Shown here piece by piece: positions 24,605-36,125 of a DNA stretch of 64,000 nt. The notes beneath the pieces are model-generated. The model had not been told where the DNA came from and did not search any database. It worked only from the letters and a program-made list of their open reading frames with translations. The stretch's first letter is position 1; each line of letters begins with the position of its first letter. Made by a program: the position numbers and the translations under genes. This DNA comes from Octopus bimaculoides (lineage: Eukaryota), in contig NC_068991.1 in the NCBI RefSeq assembly GCF_001194135.2, positions 60,677,023 through 60,741,022 on the forward strand. Reading direction: 5' to 3'.

Positions 24605-25521
24605 TGCATATATACACACTATACACACACACATACACGTATATACGCTGTTTAGAATTTATCATTGATTACATATTTTGACCCACCATACAAGTCTAGT
24701 TTCCTCCACTTAGTGGCTTTATGATGTTTTAAAGTGTATATTTATGGGGTGTTGTCAAAGTTTTAGCAAAACAAAATTGTGTTGCTGCCATCCTTAAAAT
24801 GTCAGAAAATACTGGATGTGAGATATTAACTGTTGACCTTTGACTTGTAGGCCAACAATAGATTGACTAGTAGAATAGTTCTGTGGTATGAACTAGCACT
24901 AGTCTCCAATAAAGTAAAGTACTGTGGTGTTGGATAATCTATAACTGTCTCATATCATTATGTTAATTGTCGATAGTATAATTATATAAGCTCATGAAAA
25001 CCACATGCTCATTTATGTTGGCTTGTAGTGGTCAAACAGCTCTGTTAACTGAAAACTTCTTTGGTGTGAAATATAGCTGTTGTTGGATTGGCACTTTGAA
25101 ATCACTGATTACATCTTTCACATTTCAGAAGTTACTGTTATTAACAAGAATTAATTCTGCTATCTTAAAAGGATATTTCTGCAGAGAGATCTTTGATATA
25201 TTTATTATCTAGTTTGAAAGACATCTTATACTTGTAAAGCCAGATGAGAGCATGGAATTAATAAATAGATTTATTTCTATTAAGCGTGGGAGATACAGAA
25301 GATGGTTACTTTGATGAAACAGAGCAGCCTGAAATTACAAAAGAGGAGGCTGTTCATGAGCAAAAGATTTCATTTGCGTTTAAGTTTACTTATGAGATTG
25401 TAAGAATATCAGATTGTGAGAATACCAGATTGTGAGAATACCAGATTGTGAGTGCTGATCTGTAGTAGAATAGCTTATCATATATTATAAAGTTAGATTA
25501 ATAAACCCATTAGTTTCTTTT

Positions 25522-25778
25522 ATTCTTTTACTTGTTTCAGTCATCTGACTATGGCTATGCTGGAGCACCACCTTAAAGGGTTTTAGTAGAAGAAATCAAC
25601 CCCAGGACTTTGTAGTCTTTGTAAGCCTAGTACTTATTCTATTGGTTTCCTTTGCTGAACTGCTATGTTGTGGGGATCTAAACACATTAACATCAGTTGT
25701 CAAGCAGTGGTGAGGGGACAGACACAAAGACATGCACACATAAATATATATGTATATATTTATGTGTGTGTTTATATA

Positions 25779-25848
<70 letters not shown>

Positions 25849-25985
25849 GTTTCTTCCAGTTTCTGTCTACCAAATCCACTCATAAGGCTTTGGTCAGCCT
25901 GATGCTATAGTAGAAGACGCTTGCCCAAAGTGCCACAATGGGACTGAACCCAGAACCATGTGGTTGGGAAAGCAAGCTTCTTACC
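25522..25985 (-). mobile_element. tRNA/CORE-type SINE (family 2) with long internal (TA)n
   Basis: Reverse-complement homology to 12797-13192. Confidence 0.78.
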
Positions 25986-26104
25986 GACTTTTGAAGTGTA
26001 AAATATAGTTGGGTTGGCTTCTTGAAATTGTAGTTTACAATATGTGGTTTATGTGTTCTCTTCTCTAGTAATTATCTGATCATTCTATCTCTTTTCATCT
26101 GTAG

Positions 26105-26141
26105 GTAATGATGAATTAGTTGAAGTCCATGATATAGAGAG
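26105..26141 (+). CDS. DCAF5: DCAF5 exon 3 (37 nt)
   Basis: Acceptor catctgtag|. Encodes GNDELVEVHDIE, donor ag|gtaaga; phases fit exons 2 and 4. Confidence 0.93.
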
Positions 26142-27581
26142 GTAAGATTTTTGCATATATGATACTTCTCTTATTTATATTTAGTCATTTACAAGATGTA
26201 GTATCAGAAATATTCTCTAATTCTTTCACCATTTAGGTAACCGTACAATATATTCCTTGTTTTTCAGTTTCAAGACCATATATATATTCAGAACTACAAG
26301 CATTCTTTTGTCTCAGTTTCCATTTCAGAATGATCCTTTTCTCTTAGAGATCAAAACTAAAAATGCTTATTGTCTTAGATTCTAGACTAGGGCCACCAGT
26401 CCCTACTGTCTTAACTAGCAGGTGCAGAAATCACTATTGTCTTGTATATTATAAGATTTTACTGGTGCAAGACAATTAATGAGTGTTATGTGACTATTTA
26501 CTCTGTAGATAATACTAATAACAAACAACTTACCTTTAAAACAATAAATGTTGCTCCACTTTCTCATCATCAGCCTTTAACTGGAAAGCATCCTGATTTT
26601 AGCATTATTTGATAGTATTACTCTCTCCTCCACTCGTGCCAAATAGCATGATGATATCTGGGAATATTCAGAGGTTCTTAACTCCTTGTCTGTCCAAAGC
26701 TTTTTCATATCTTGTCCTAAACATTCATGCTTGTTTTCAGACTTTTAGTTAGCCCTGGTTTCATATATGCTGAGTAATATAAAGCTTTCCTTTCATAAGT
26801 CCCATGTTACTGTGGTGGTTGGAAACATTTGGGAATGTGTATCATATGTTATGCATAGACACCAAGAAATATATTCTTTGTATCACATGTGATATGCAGG
26901 ACAGGCAAGGGGTTAAAATATACCTGTAATGAGTGGAACGTTAAAATGGTAGTGGTGATAATGACAACACTATAGTTTTGTACTCCTTCATTTTTGTATT
27001 TGGCTTGCAAGATTCTTGATGTGACCTTGTGTCTTCAAACAGATTTTGTTGTGTTTATGGTAGGTGTAATGACTCTTATGTGATTAGTTATTTAACCATA
27101 CAAGCAATTGATTCTGTAACTTAGTAGAATCCATTACTTCACTTATACGACTCAGTAAAAAGGTATGAACATTATTTATCATTTCAGTTATGTCAAAAGT
27201 GATTGTAATTGGGTGGGATTGAGAATTGTGGTACAGTGGTTATGAAATTAGGTTTTTGGATTAGGCTACTTATCACAAGTTATCAGTTGAAATGTTACTG
27301 TAGCTATTGTATTTGCGTCTCTGGGAAAGGTACCTCATTCTGCTTAGCTCAGTCTATCTGGCTGTAAATAGTTGTCTCCTTCCAGCTGCTGTATTGTTGG
27401 AATTAACCTGAAAATTACTCCTAGCAGTTTTGAATGTACAATTTTAGATAGAAAGGCCTGAGAGTGAAATCACTGTGGAAATGTCAAAACAGAAGAGGCA
27501 AGTACAAGTACATCTGATGGGTCTAGATCATTGGTTCTCAAACAGGGTCCATAAGACCATTGGGGATCCACATAAGATACC

Positions 27582-27930
27582 ATCATCATCATCATCGTTT
27601 AACGTCTGCTTTCCATGCTAGCATGGGTTGGATGATTTGACTGAGGACTGGTGAACCAGATGGCTACACAAGGCTCCAATCTGATTTGGTAGGGTTTCTA
27701 CAGCTGGATGCCCTTCCTAACGCCAACCACTCAGAGAGTGTAGTGGGTGCTTTTACGTGTCACCCGCATGAAGGCCAGTCAGGCGGTACTGGCAGCAGCC
27801 ACGCTCAAAATGGTGCATTTTATGTGCCACCCACACAAGAGCCAGTCCAGGGGCACTGGCAACGATCTCGCTCGAAAGTCCCACGAAGGCCAGCCAGGCG
27901 GCACTGGCAACGGTCACGCTCAAAATGGTG
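27582..27930 (-). mobile_element. 5'-truncated RTE copy with 11-bp TSD, nested in a hAT-type MITE (starts 27529)
   Basis: CATAAGATACC at 27571-27581 and 27931-27941 flank the insertion; (CAT)n tail on the left. Confidence 0.88.
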
Positions 27931-28378
27931 CATAAGATACCGTTGTTAAAATTTATGTGCAACAAATTGATTATAGTTTACAATACTCAAAATATTTTAA
28001 CAATTTTTTAAATACAATTTCTTATAATATTTAAAAATAAAATATAACAGGATTTTTCAACATTTTGTGTCTTGTGCCTAGAATAGAAAAGAATATTGAT
28101 TTTTTTTTTTTTTTAACAAGAAAGTGTTCTCAGAATTGTTAGTAGATCACACAAAATGCTTTGTAGTATTTCTTTGATCTCTCTATGTCCCAAGTTCAAA
28201 TTCTGTTGAGGTCAGCTTTGCCTTTCATTCTTTTGGAGTTGATAAAGTTAGTACCAGTTGGATACCATGATTGATGTTATTGACTTTCTGACATTTTGTA
28301 AAATTACTGGCCTTGTCCCAAAATTTGAAGCCATTATTAATTTCTCCATTAATTTCTCCATTAATTTTCTTTGTTCAG

Positions 28379-28518
28379 TGGTGCAATGATTGATATATTC
28401 CCACATAAAGATGCTGTGTACGGCCTTACAGTTGATCCAAATAATAATAATGTGTTTGCTAGTGCTTGTGATGATGGACGGATTCTTATTATCGACATCA
28501 GGGAACAACCTGTTAGAG
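28379..28518 (+). CDS. DCAF5: DCAF5 exon 4 (140 nt)
   Basis: Acceptor ttgttcag|. Encodes SGAMIDIFPHKDAVYGLTVDP...FASACDDGRILIIDIRE, donor g|gtaagc. Confidence 0.97.
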
Positions 28519-29318
28519 GTAAGCCATTGACTTAACATTGGAAACTTTTCTTTGTCAGGTTTTTCAAAGGCTCTAGATTAACTAGATAAGGCTAATATAT
28601 TTGTTAATGTTCTATTTGACTTGTAGAATAATTAGGAAAAACATGTAGAGTGGAACAATAATGGCAGAAAGCAAGGAGGATGCAGCAATTGCAATGTGTC
28701 GGTTTTTATTTTTTAAGTAGTTAGGTATGATTTGAGGGAGATTTGGCTGTTGTTTTAACATGTTGAGCAACCACATAGAAGCTCCTTGTTGGCTCATTAT
28801 ACTTATTTTTTTGTGCAGGAGCAAGGTAGGGGACTGTATTTGTGTCCAGTGAAAGGTTATAAAGCTTGAGAAGTTTTTGTCAATAGATATGTTTGTGAGA
28901 TGTATATTTGTTGTAGTTAGACTATTTTCTGCATGCTACTGATACTATGTAATCCAGTACAACTTGTCTCATGGGCAGTTGGTTGGTTGATGTACAACCA
29001 AAGTGGCCAGCCCAATTCAGTTTTTGTTAGCAGTGGAGGAGTGTGGAACTCAGTAGGATTAAAAATGAAACCTGTCAAAGAGTGTAATAGCTTCTTATAG
29101 AGAAGAAGCCAGTAGCCAACATTACCTGCAGAGGAAACAAGTAATACTAACAGGTTATGTCCCTGTTGAAGTACATGTTAACATAGCAAAATTATGTTGT
29201 GTCTCTTGCTGTGTCTCAAAGATTTTTCCATTCTTCCCGAGCATCAAACTAATACACCTGCTTGTTGTTCCCTCACCTGTCTTAATCATTTGTTTTCTGT
29301 AAATTTGAACTATGTACA

Positions 29319-29354
<36 letters not shown>

Positions 29355-29408
29355 TATACAGTGCGTGTGTTTTTATTGGCTAAACTGGCAATATGACCAT
29401 CCCCAAGT

Positions 29409-29486
<78 letters not shown>

Positions 29487-29493
29487 AATCATA

Positions 29494-29702
29494 TCAGGAC
29501 AATTACCTGCCCTAGGACAATTACCCCTCCCTCCATAGGACAGTTCCCCCCCGATGACAACTACCCCCTAGGACAATTACCCCCTTAGTTAATTACCCCC
29601 TCTCCAATATATTAAGAAGTTTTAAATCATCATCTGTTGTCCTCAGGGGTAAATGTCCTTAGAGTGGGGGTTATTGTCCATGGAGGGGTAAATGTCCTAG
29701 AC
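29494..29702. mobile_element. Foldback-like MITE built of GGACAATTACCCC subrepeats
   Basis: About six direct units on the left and three inverted units (GGGGTAAATGTCC) on the right. Confidence 0.7.
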
Positions 29703-29733
29703 TCATATATAATACATGTTTTTATATTTTTAG

Positions 29734-29863
29734 ATGAGTTTTGTTTGGCTGAATACACCTCCTCAATGCATGCTGTGATGTACAATCCTATGGAACCACG
29801 GCTTCTAGCTACAGCTAATGTCCGAGAAGGCCTTGGTCTCTGGGATATCCGTAAACCCCGCAC
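29734..29863 (+). CDS. DCAF5: DCAF5 exon 5 (130 nt)
   Basis: Acceptor tttttag|. Encodes DEFCLAEYTSSMHAVMYNPMEPRLLATANVREGLGLWDIRKPR, donor ac|gtaaga. Confidence 0.97.
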
Positions 29864-30058
29864 GTAAGATGTTTTTTTTTTGTTTTTACCTGATGTTGAA
29901 AAGTAATTTTTTCTAAACCTGCATTGTGGTGTTGAAGATTGTATCTTTGGATAGATATACTGGAGCTAAATTCCTGGTAATATTTGTCTATTCCTGGTAA
30001 TATATATATATATATATCCCTTGCAGCCTTCATTTAGAGGCATTTCCTTACTCTGTAA

Positions 30059-30392
30059 TAGGGGTTCTCAACCATTTTTTATCTATGGATCCCTTTGATT
30101 ACTCTTTTATTCTGGTGGACTGCCAAAGCTATTTGATGTTTAAAAACTAGTTTTATGGAAACATCTCTCAAAATTCCTATTTTGTTTTCCACACATTAAC
30201 TTGTGTAGGTTGAATTGTGTAAAATGTTAGAGATAGAAGTGTAGCTGTTTCTTCCAGTACATTCCAATACATATGTCTAAAAGAAATAAAATACTATTGT
30301 GGGTCCCCAATTTTCTATTTTGATACATTGACCCCCACAAGAATTTTATATGGACCCTCAAGGGCCATATAGACCCCAGTTAAGAACCACTG
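30059..30392. mobile_element. hAT-type MITE
   Basis: Ends taggggttctcaacc / gttaagaaccactg; degenerate TSD ctctgtaa / atctataa. Confidence 0.72.
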
Positions 30393-30661
30393 ATCTATAA
30401 GGTGAATAAAGAGAAAGAAAAATTCTTTCTCATTTGGAATATGAAGAGATCATTGCAAAAAGGATGCATCAACCAGTCATCTTTAACTACAAGAATTATT
30501 TTTGTGTATTTATTACCAAAGCTCACAATCTGTCACATTCCCAAGCTTGTTTATATGTAGCTAACAATTTGGTATAGCTGGACATTGAACTGTTTTGGCA
30601 ACAGTACATTTTGGCACTGAAGACAACCCCCATCTTACTCCATGCATGCATACAAAAATAT

Positions 30662-31085
30662 ACACATACATAGAGTTATGACTGGCACCCGTGCCAGTGG
30701 AGTGCTAACAGCACCATCCGAGCGGGATCACTGCCAGAGCAGTGGTCTCGCTCCCGTGCCGGTGGCACGTAAAAGGCACCATTTGAGCGCGATCACTTCC
30801 AGCTTTGTCTTACTGGCACTTGTGCCGGTGGCATGTGAACAAAACATTGGACTGACTCCTGTGTAGGTGGCACGTAAAAAACACCATTTGAGCGTGGCTG
30901 TGGCACGTAAAAAGCACCCACTACACTCTTGGAGTGGTTGGTGTTAGGAAGGGCATCCAGCTGTAGAAACTCTGTCAGATCAGATTGGAGTCTGGTGTAG
31001 CTAACTGATTCGCCAGTCCTCAGTCAAATCGTCCAACCCATACTAGCATGGAAAGCGGACGTTAAATGATGATGATAATGATGAT
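30662..31085 (+). mobile_element. RTE 3' end, variant subrepeat subfamily
   Basis: Closely similar to 47760-48175; common core and (GAT)n tail. Confidence 0.78.
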
Positions 31086-31391
31086 AGAGGAAGGGAATGA
31101 GGGACACAACATATGCATACAAATATAACTCGATGCTCACACATATACAGAAAGAGAAAGAGAGAGAGATGGAGAGAACAAGAGAAACACTAAAATGTCT
31201 GATGCCAAATCAGTAAGTGTTGAGTCAATGATGCCAAATTGGCAGCACCAAAACAGCTGTGCCAAAACGTCTCAGAACCTGTCACAAAAGGGGTTAATCG
31301 TTTATTTTTAGCCAGATGGGTTGAACGAGTTTGTAGTATCTTTCCACTTGTATTTCTTATGTTTAAGTTATTATGTTTCATATTTTTGTAG

Positions 31392-31611
31392 CTCTGTGTT
31401 ACGTTACGAAGGCACCGGTCACCATGTACAGCAAAGTTGTATGAGTGTCCGTATTAATTCTCTGGGAGATAAAATTATTGCTCTCCGTCGTCGATTACCA
31501 CCGGTCCTTTATAACTTCAATAGTCCGACCCCTATCTGTGAATTTGACCAACCTGGCTACTATAATTCATGTACAATGAAAAGTTGCTGTTTTGCTGGGG
31601 ACCAGGATCAG
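31392..31611 (+). CDS. DCAF5: DCAF5 exon 6 (220 nt)
   Basis: Acceptor tttttgtag|. Encodes SVLRY...MSVRINS...LRRRLPPVLY...GYYNSCTMKSCCFAGDQDQ, donor cag|gtatca. Confidence 0.97.
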
Positions 31612-31721
31612 GTATCAGTTATTTCTTTTCATTACATTATGTAAATATTTTGTGCTCTTGTAATTTTCTCATTAACTTCTTTGTATCTTACAGTTCTATA
31701 TTTAAGAGATGAGGAATTATG

Positions 31722-31870
31722 TACATTATTTACATTTGACAGATATTTGTCCTCATCTTGTTTGTTGTTAAGGCTGATGAAGGCTAGAGGATATATCAGC
31801 CGAAACGTTGTGTTAACAACAAACAAGATGAGGACAAATATCCGTCAAATGTAAATAATGTAAATAATGT
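31722..31870 (+). mobile_element. Penelope-like pLTR fragment with hammerhead core, flanked by a 50-bp inverted repeat
   Basis: Arms 31722-31771 and 31813-31862 have one mismatch. The loop holds CTGATGA-A-GGCT..AGCC-GAAA-CG-TT (31774-31809). Confidence 0.8.
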
Positions 31871-32564
31871 TCTTTGTATCTGTTTTACATAATTACTTAA
31901 GGTGGCAGAGTTGTTAGTATGCCTGACAAAATCTTTACACTTTGTGCTCAAATTCTGTCTAAGTTGATTTTTGCCTTTCACCCTTTCAGGGTTGATAAGT
32001 ATCAGTTGAGGACTAGGGTCGATGGAAATGACTTGCCCCTTCCCCAGAAAAATTTCAGGTTTTGTGTCTCTAATGGAAAGAATTTTAAATGATTACTTAA
32101 TTTACTAGAAACAACAGTCAAACCTCCTTGAAATCAGACATATTTATTATAAAATGAAGGGTTCATTCAATAATGTAGTCTTATACAATATACTTGCAAA
32201 AAATAAGAAAAAAAAAAAAAGAATGTAATGGTCATGGTTGGGGTGTCTTTGCACATAGACCTACTGGACTGGGACTGACCTGGGGCTGAATAAAAACAAT
32301 GTCTGCTTATCTCAAGGTTTCCCCCTCTGGGATGGCAGGAATATTTACTAAATATGGATATTGTGTAGTAATCAATTTTTTTTCTCTTATACTTATTTCA
32401 ACCATATTGTGGCACCACCGTCAAAGGTTTAGTCGAACAAATTAATCCTTGTATGGTCTTTTGGTAAAGCCTGGCACTTATTCTATCAGTCTCTTTTGCA
32501 GACAAATATGACACAAATGCAAAGACATACATACATACATATATTTGTGTATGTAGTTTAAATT

Positions 32565-32710
32565 TACAGAAAAACAAAAGACAAAGACAGGTGTAGGAAC
32601 AACAAGCAGGTGTATTAGTTTAATGCTTGGTGAAAATTGAAAGGTCTTTTACATTTCGAGTCTATGCTCTTCAACAGAATGGAATTAGAGGGAAAAAATG
32701 GAGAGAGAAA
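32565..32710 (-). mobile_element. Penelope-like terminal repeat (same family as 58195-58320 and 29230-29312)
   Basis: Shared aaatttacagaaaaacaaaagac..gacaggtgt..aacaacaagcaggtgtattagttt; the 58.2-kb copy lies downstream of a Penelope RT remnant. Confidence 0.6.
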
Positions 32711-33197
32711 AACTGTGTAGAGTTCAGCAGAGCATGGTTTAATGGTTAGGGTGTTGCATGAAAGAAATTGCTTTTCCAAGTTCAAGAATTAATTTAGTCC
32801 TATATATTGATGTTTGCCAATATCTTGGAACATTCCATGATGCTGTATTGCTTTACTCTCTATATTCTGTCTCTAATTTTTCACCTCTTGTAAGTTTCCT
32901 TCTCCTTAGTGTTTCTCTTTTTCAATATAATATGCAGTCCTTAATTTTGGGAACTTCATTACTACGTAAAATTTCGTTTGTGTCCATGTACCTCTGCTAA
33001 ATATTGACTTCAAGTGTCTAATTATATATTTATAGTCTTAAATTGCCCATTCTCTAGACAATATTATTTTAGTAACACTTAAAATGTTTATTCTGTGGAC
33101 ATGTAATATCATAACTCATATTATCTGTCCTCTGTAAAGTAAACCTTTTGTTGTAAATATACATGTTTAGAAGTTTTCAATTTATTTCCATTTTTAG

Positions 33198-33264
33198 TAC
33201 ATTCTGTCTGGCTCTGATGATTTTAATTTGTATATGTGGAAGATTCCTGAAGACTTATCGAAAA
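33198..33264 (+). CDS. DCAF5: DCAF5 exon 7 (67 nt)
   Basis: Acceptor catttttag|. Encodes YILSGSDDFNLYMWKIPEDLSK, donor a|gtaagt. Confidence 0.97.
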
Positions 33265-33863
33265 GTAAGTGTTTTCTATTCAATTTTAATACTTTGAATT
33301 CTTGAGTATCCCTGTCTTGCATTACTTTTCATCATAACTGTTACACTGGTTGAAATTAATTAATTAATTCATTCATTCATTCTTTTTTTCTTTCTCCCCA
33401 CTATTCTTGGGAAAGTCATGGGATTTGGGACCTCAGGTACCTTCTCCAAAGCGTGCTATCAGAAGCAACTATCATTACACTTTGCAGCTAGATTCCCAAG
33501 CATTGACCGAGACTAGATATTATCCAACTATTTCATTCTTAGTCCATCCCTATGTCTTCTGGCAGTTGGCTTGGCTTGGTTTTAAAAATCCATCTTGTGA
33601 TTCTTGCCTGTAATTCAGTTTCTAAAGATGTAACCTGGTTTGCTGAGCTGGATCTAGCTTCAAATCTCACTGTATTTTGTGAGAGGAAACATCTCTTCCT
33701 GATAAGCTACATTTATTATTCATAAATTCAAAGCCATTTTAGAGTTAAAATTCGTCGGTTTAGTACTTAACAGAGTTATTCCACTTTGTTATAGTTAATT
33801 ATGATTATCATCTTCTAAATGCTACAATTGATATGATTTTTGTTTTGCTATTCTCATTATCAG

Positions 33864-33982
33864 GGACCTATGTAAACAGAGCTCACATGGTCCTTAGGGA
33901 TCACCGATCTATTGTAAACCAAGTGCGATTTAATCCATGCAACCATCTGATAGTATCATCTGGTGTGGAGAAAGTAGTCAAG
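33864..33982 (+). CDS. DCAF5: DCAF5 exon 8 (119 nt)
   Basis: Acceptor cattatcag|. Encodes RTYVNRAHMVLRDHRSIVNQVRFNPCNHLIVSSGVEKVVK, donor aag|gtttgt. Confidence 0.97.
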
Positions 33983-34444
33983 GTTTGTAAATTTATAAAA
34001 GATTGTTTTGAAAACTGTAGTTATTTACAAATTGACACTTAGGGAGAAATTTGTTCTCTTTAGTAAAAAATAATTCAAATGTATCTGTTATATTCAAAAC
34101 ATATTTTTAAAGATACATCATTACTTTTTTACTGTATTTTTCTGTCTTTGGTGGCTCTATAAATTAAGACACTTTTGTGTGTGTGTGTGTGTGTGTGTAT
34201 GCACGCATGTGTGTGAACCCTTGACTAAACATCACATGAGGGTTACATATAAGCATCATCATGCAAGCAAAGTTGTTCATGAAGAACATGTCTAGCTTTG
34301 AGAAAATATTACCATGCTTTGTAACAGATGAAGGTTGGTGATAGAAAGGGCATCCAGCTGCAGAAATTCTGTCTGAACAAATTCTGTCTGATCCAGTCAA
34401 GCATGGAAATGTGGATTTTAAATCTCGTTGCATCTCATCTTCAT

Positions 34445-34810
34445 TGCCTTCTTAATCCTTGGAGGGTCATGGGAGCAAAGTCCTCAAATATGCCTTCCTG
34501 TCAGAAGCACGCATCTCTAATTGACTTGGATGGATCCCTAAGTGAAACCAACTGAATGCAAGGATATTATCCAACCATCTTGCTCATGGTCTACCCTTGA
34601 GTCTCCTGCCAGTTGATTTTGCCTGTAAAACCTGTTCAGCGATTCTTTCCCCAGACATTCTTATCATGTGTGTAGTACTAGAGCTGTGATCGTTCAAATG
34701 ACCTACAAGATAAAGTGGTGGGAAGCACTGGCTGATAAGGCTGTCAGAACCAAGTTTGCAGAAACTGTTGTATCCAAATTCAGAGAAACCTCCGTATTTA
34801 AAATGATGAT
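34445..34810 (-). mobile_element. RTE LINE remnant: C-terminus on minus (34445-34675) joined to an inverted upstream ORF2 piece on plus (34676-34810)
   Basis: Minus: RMSGERIAEQVLQAKSTGRRLKGRP*ARWLDNI..LGIHP. Plus: YKIKWWEALADKAVRTKFAETV. Confidence 0.7.
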
Positions 34811-35374
34811 AACTTCCATCTACCAAATTTCTCTCACAAAGCATTGGTCGTCATAAGGCTGTGATAAAAGACACTTGCTCAAGATGTTGCACAGTGAAAT
34901 TGAACCTGAGACTACTTAGTTACAAAGTGAACTTCTTAACCACCAGCAATACCTGCACTCATTTGATTTACTGTCCTGCTTGAAGTGAGGTTGGTAAAGT
35001 GTATTCACTTGGTTTGGTTTTTTGGACTTTGGTCTTTGCAAAGGTAATTTAAGAAGGAGCTAATTGGGTGTTTTATGTATGTTCTGCAACTAGCTTGGAA
35101 TAAGATAAGAAGTATTTTTAGGAACGTGTTGCAGTAGTGTCCAGCTATGTTGTTAGTAAAGTAAAGAGACAAAAAACATCTTCAATGAAGAACACTGTAT
35201 GGAATGTTAGATATATCTTCTGTGTATGGCAGTCATGTAACCTCATCTTTCACCCCTTACTCACAGCAGACACTGTTAATTAACACAAATTCTCATAATC
35301 ACATAATGTAATTATGAATAGATGTTTTGGGATTGATGTGTTTCTTGCTTAGTAAGTTTTAACGTTCTGATAGG

Positions 35375-35536
35375 TGCTGGTGTGGCTGTGTGGTTAAGAA
35401 GTTTGCTTCCCAACCACTTAGTTTCAGGTTCAGTCCCACTGTGTGGCACTTTCAGCAGGTGTTTTCTACCAAACCCTGAGTTGACCAAAGACTTGTAAGT
35501 AGATTTGCTAGGCAAAAACTGAAAGAAGACTACCAT

Positions 35537-35540
<4 letters not shown>
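35375..35540 (+). mobile_element. tRNA/CORE-type SINE head
   Basis: gtggctgtgtggttaagaagtttgcttcccaaccac..ggttcagtcccactgtgtggcac. Confidence 0.7.
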
Positions 35541-35600
<60 letters not shown>

Positions 35601-35799
35601 ACTTGTGCATGCATACCCATACAGGGTGTTTGGGCTAAGTTTGACATAAAAATAACCCACCCTGTACATCCTATTTAGTGGTTGGCATTAGGAAAACATG
35701 TCAAGACAGACATTGAATCTGGCGGAGCCTCTGGCTCATCTGTCCTTGTCAAACCGTCCAACCCATGCAAGCATGAAAAAGGGACGTTAAATGATGATG

Positions 35800-36125
35800 A
35801 TGAGGCTAAATTTGACAGTTTGCATAAAAAGTAAAGAAAACAATATCCAGTCCAAAACTAAAATTATTTTAAAAAATCCAATAATATCAACTAGATTATG
35901 ACTGCAAGATAACAGTTTACTCAAAGAAGCTGCCCCTCAGCTTCCACTATGGCCACAAGACAGCTTTGGAATCTGGTGCATGTGTTATCACTGTGTCTTT
36001 GGGAAAATCTTTGAAGATCTCCTTCATCTTGGCCACCAGCTCGACCTTGGTGTTGCAAGCAGAGCAATTGGTGTCTTTCTCAACCACACTCTACACATAG
36101 TTATATATGGGATTACAATTGGGGG
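35800..36125 (-). mobile_element. Tc1-family transposase C-terminal remnant with right end
   Basis: YNYV*SVVEKDTNCSACNTKVELVAKMKEIFKDFPKDTV resembles the Tc1/DD37D C-terminal region. A 47-bp TA-CAGGGTG..CACCCTG-TA mini element lies at 35620-35666. Confidence 0.65.
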
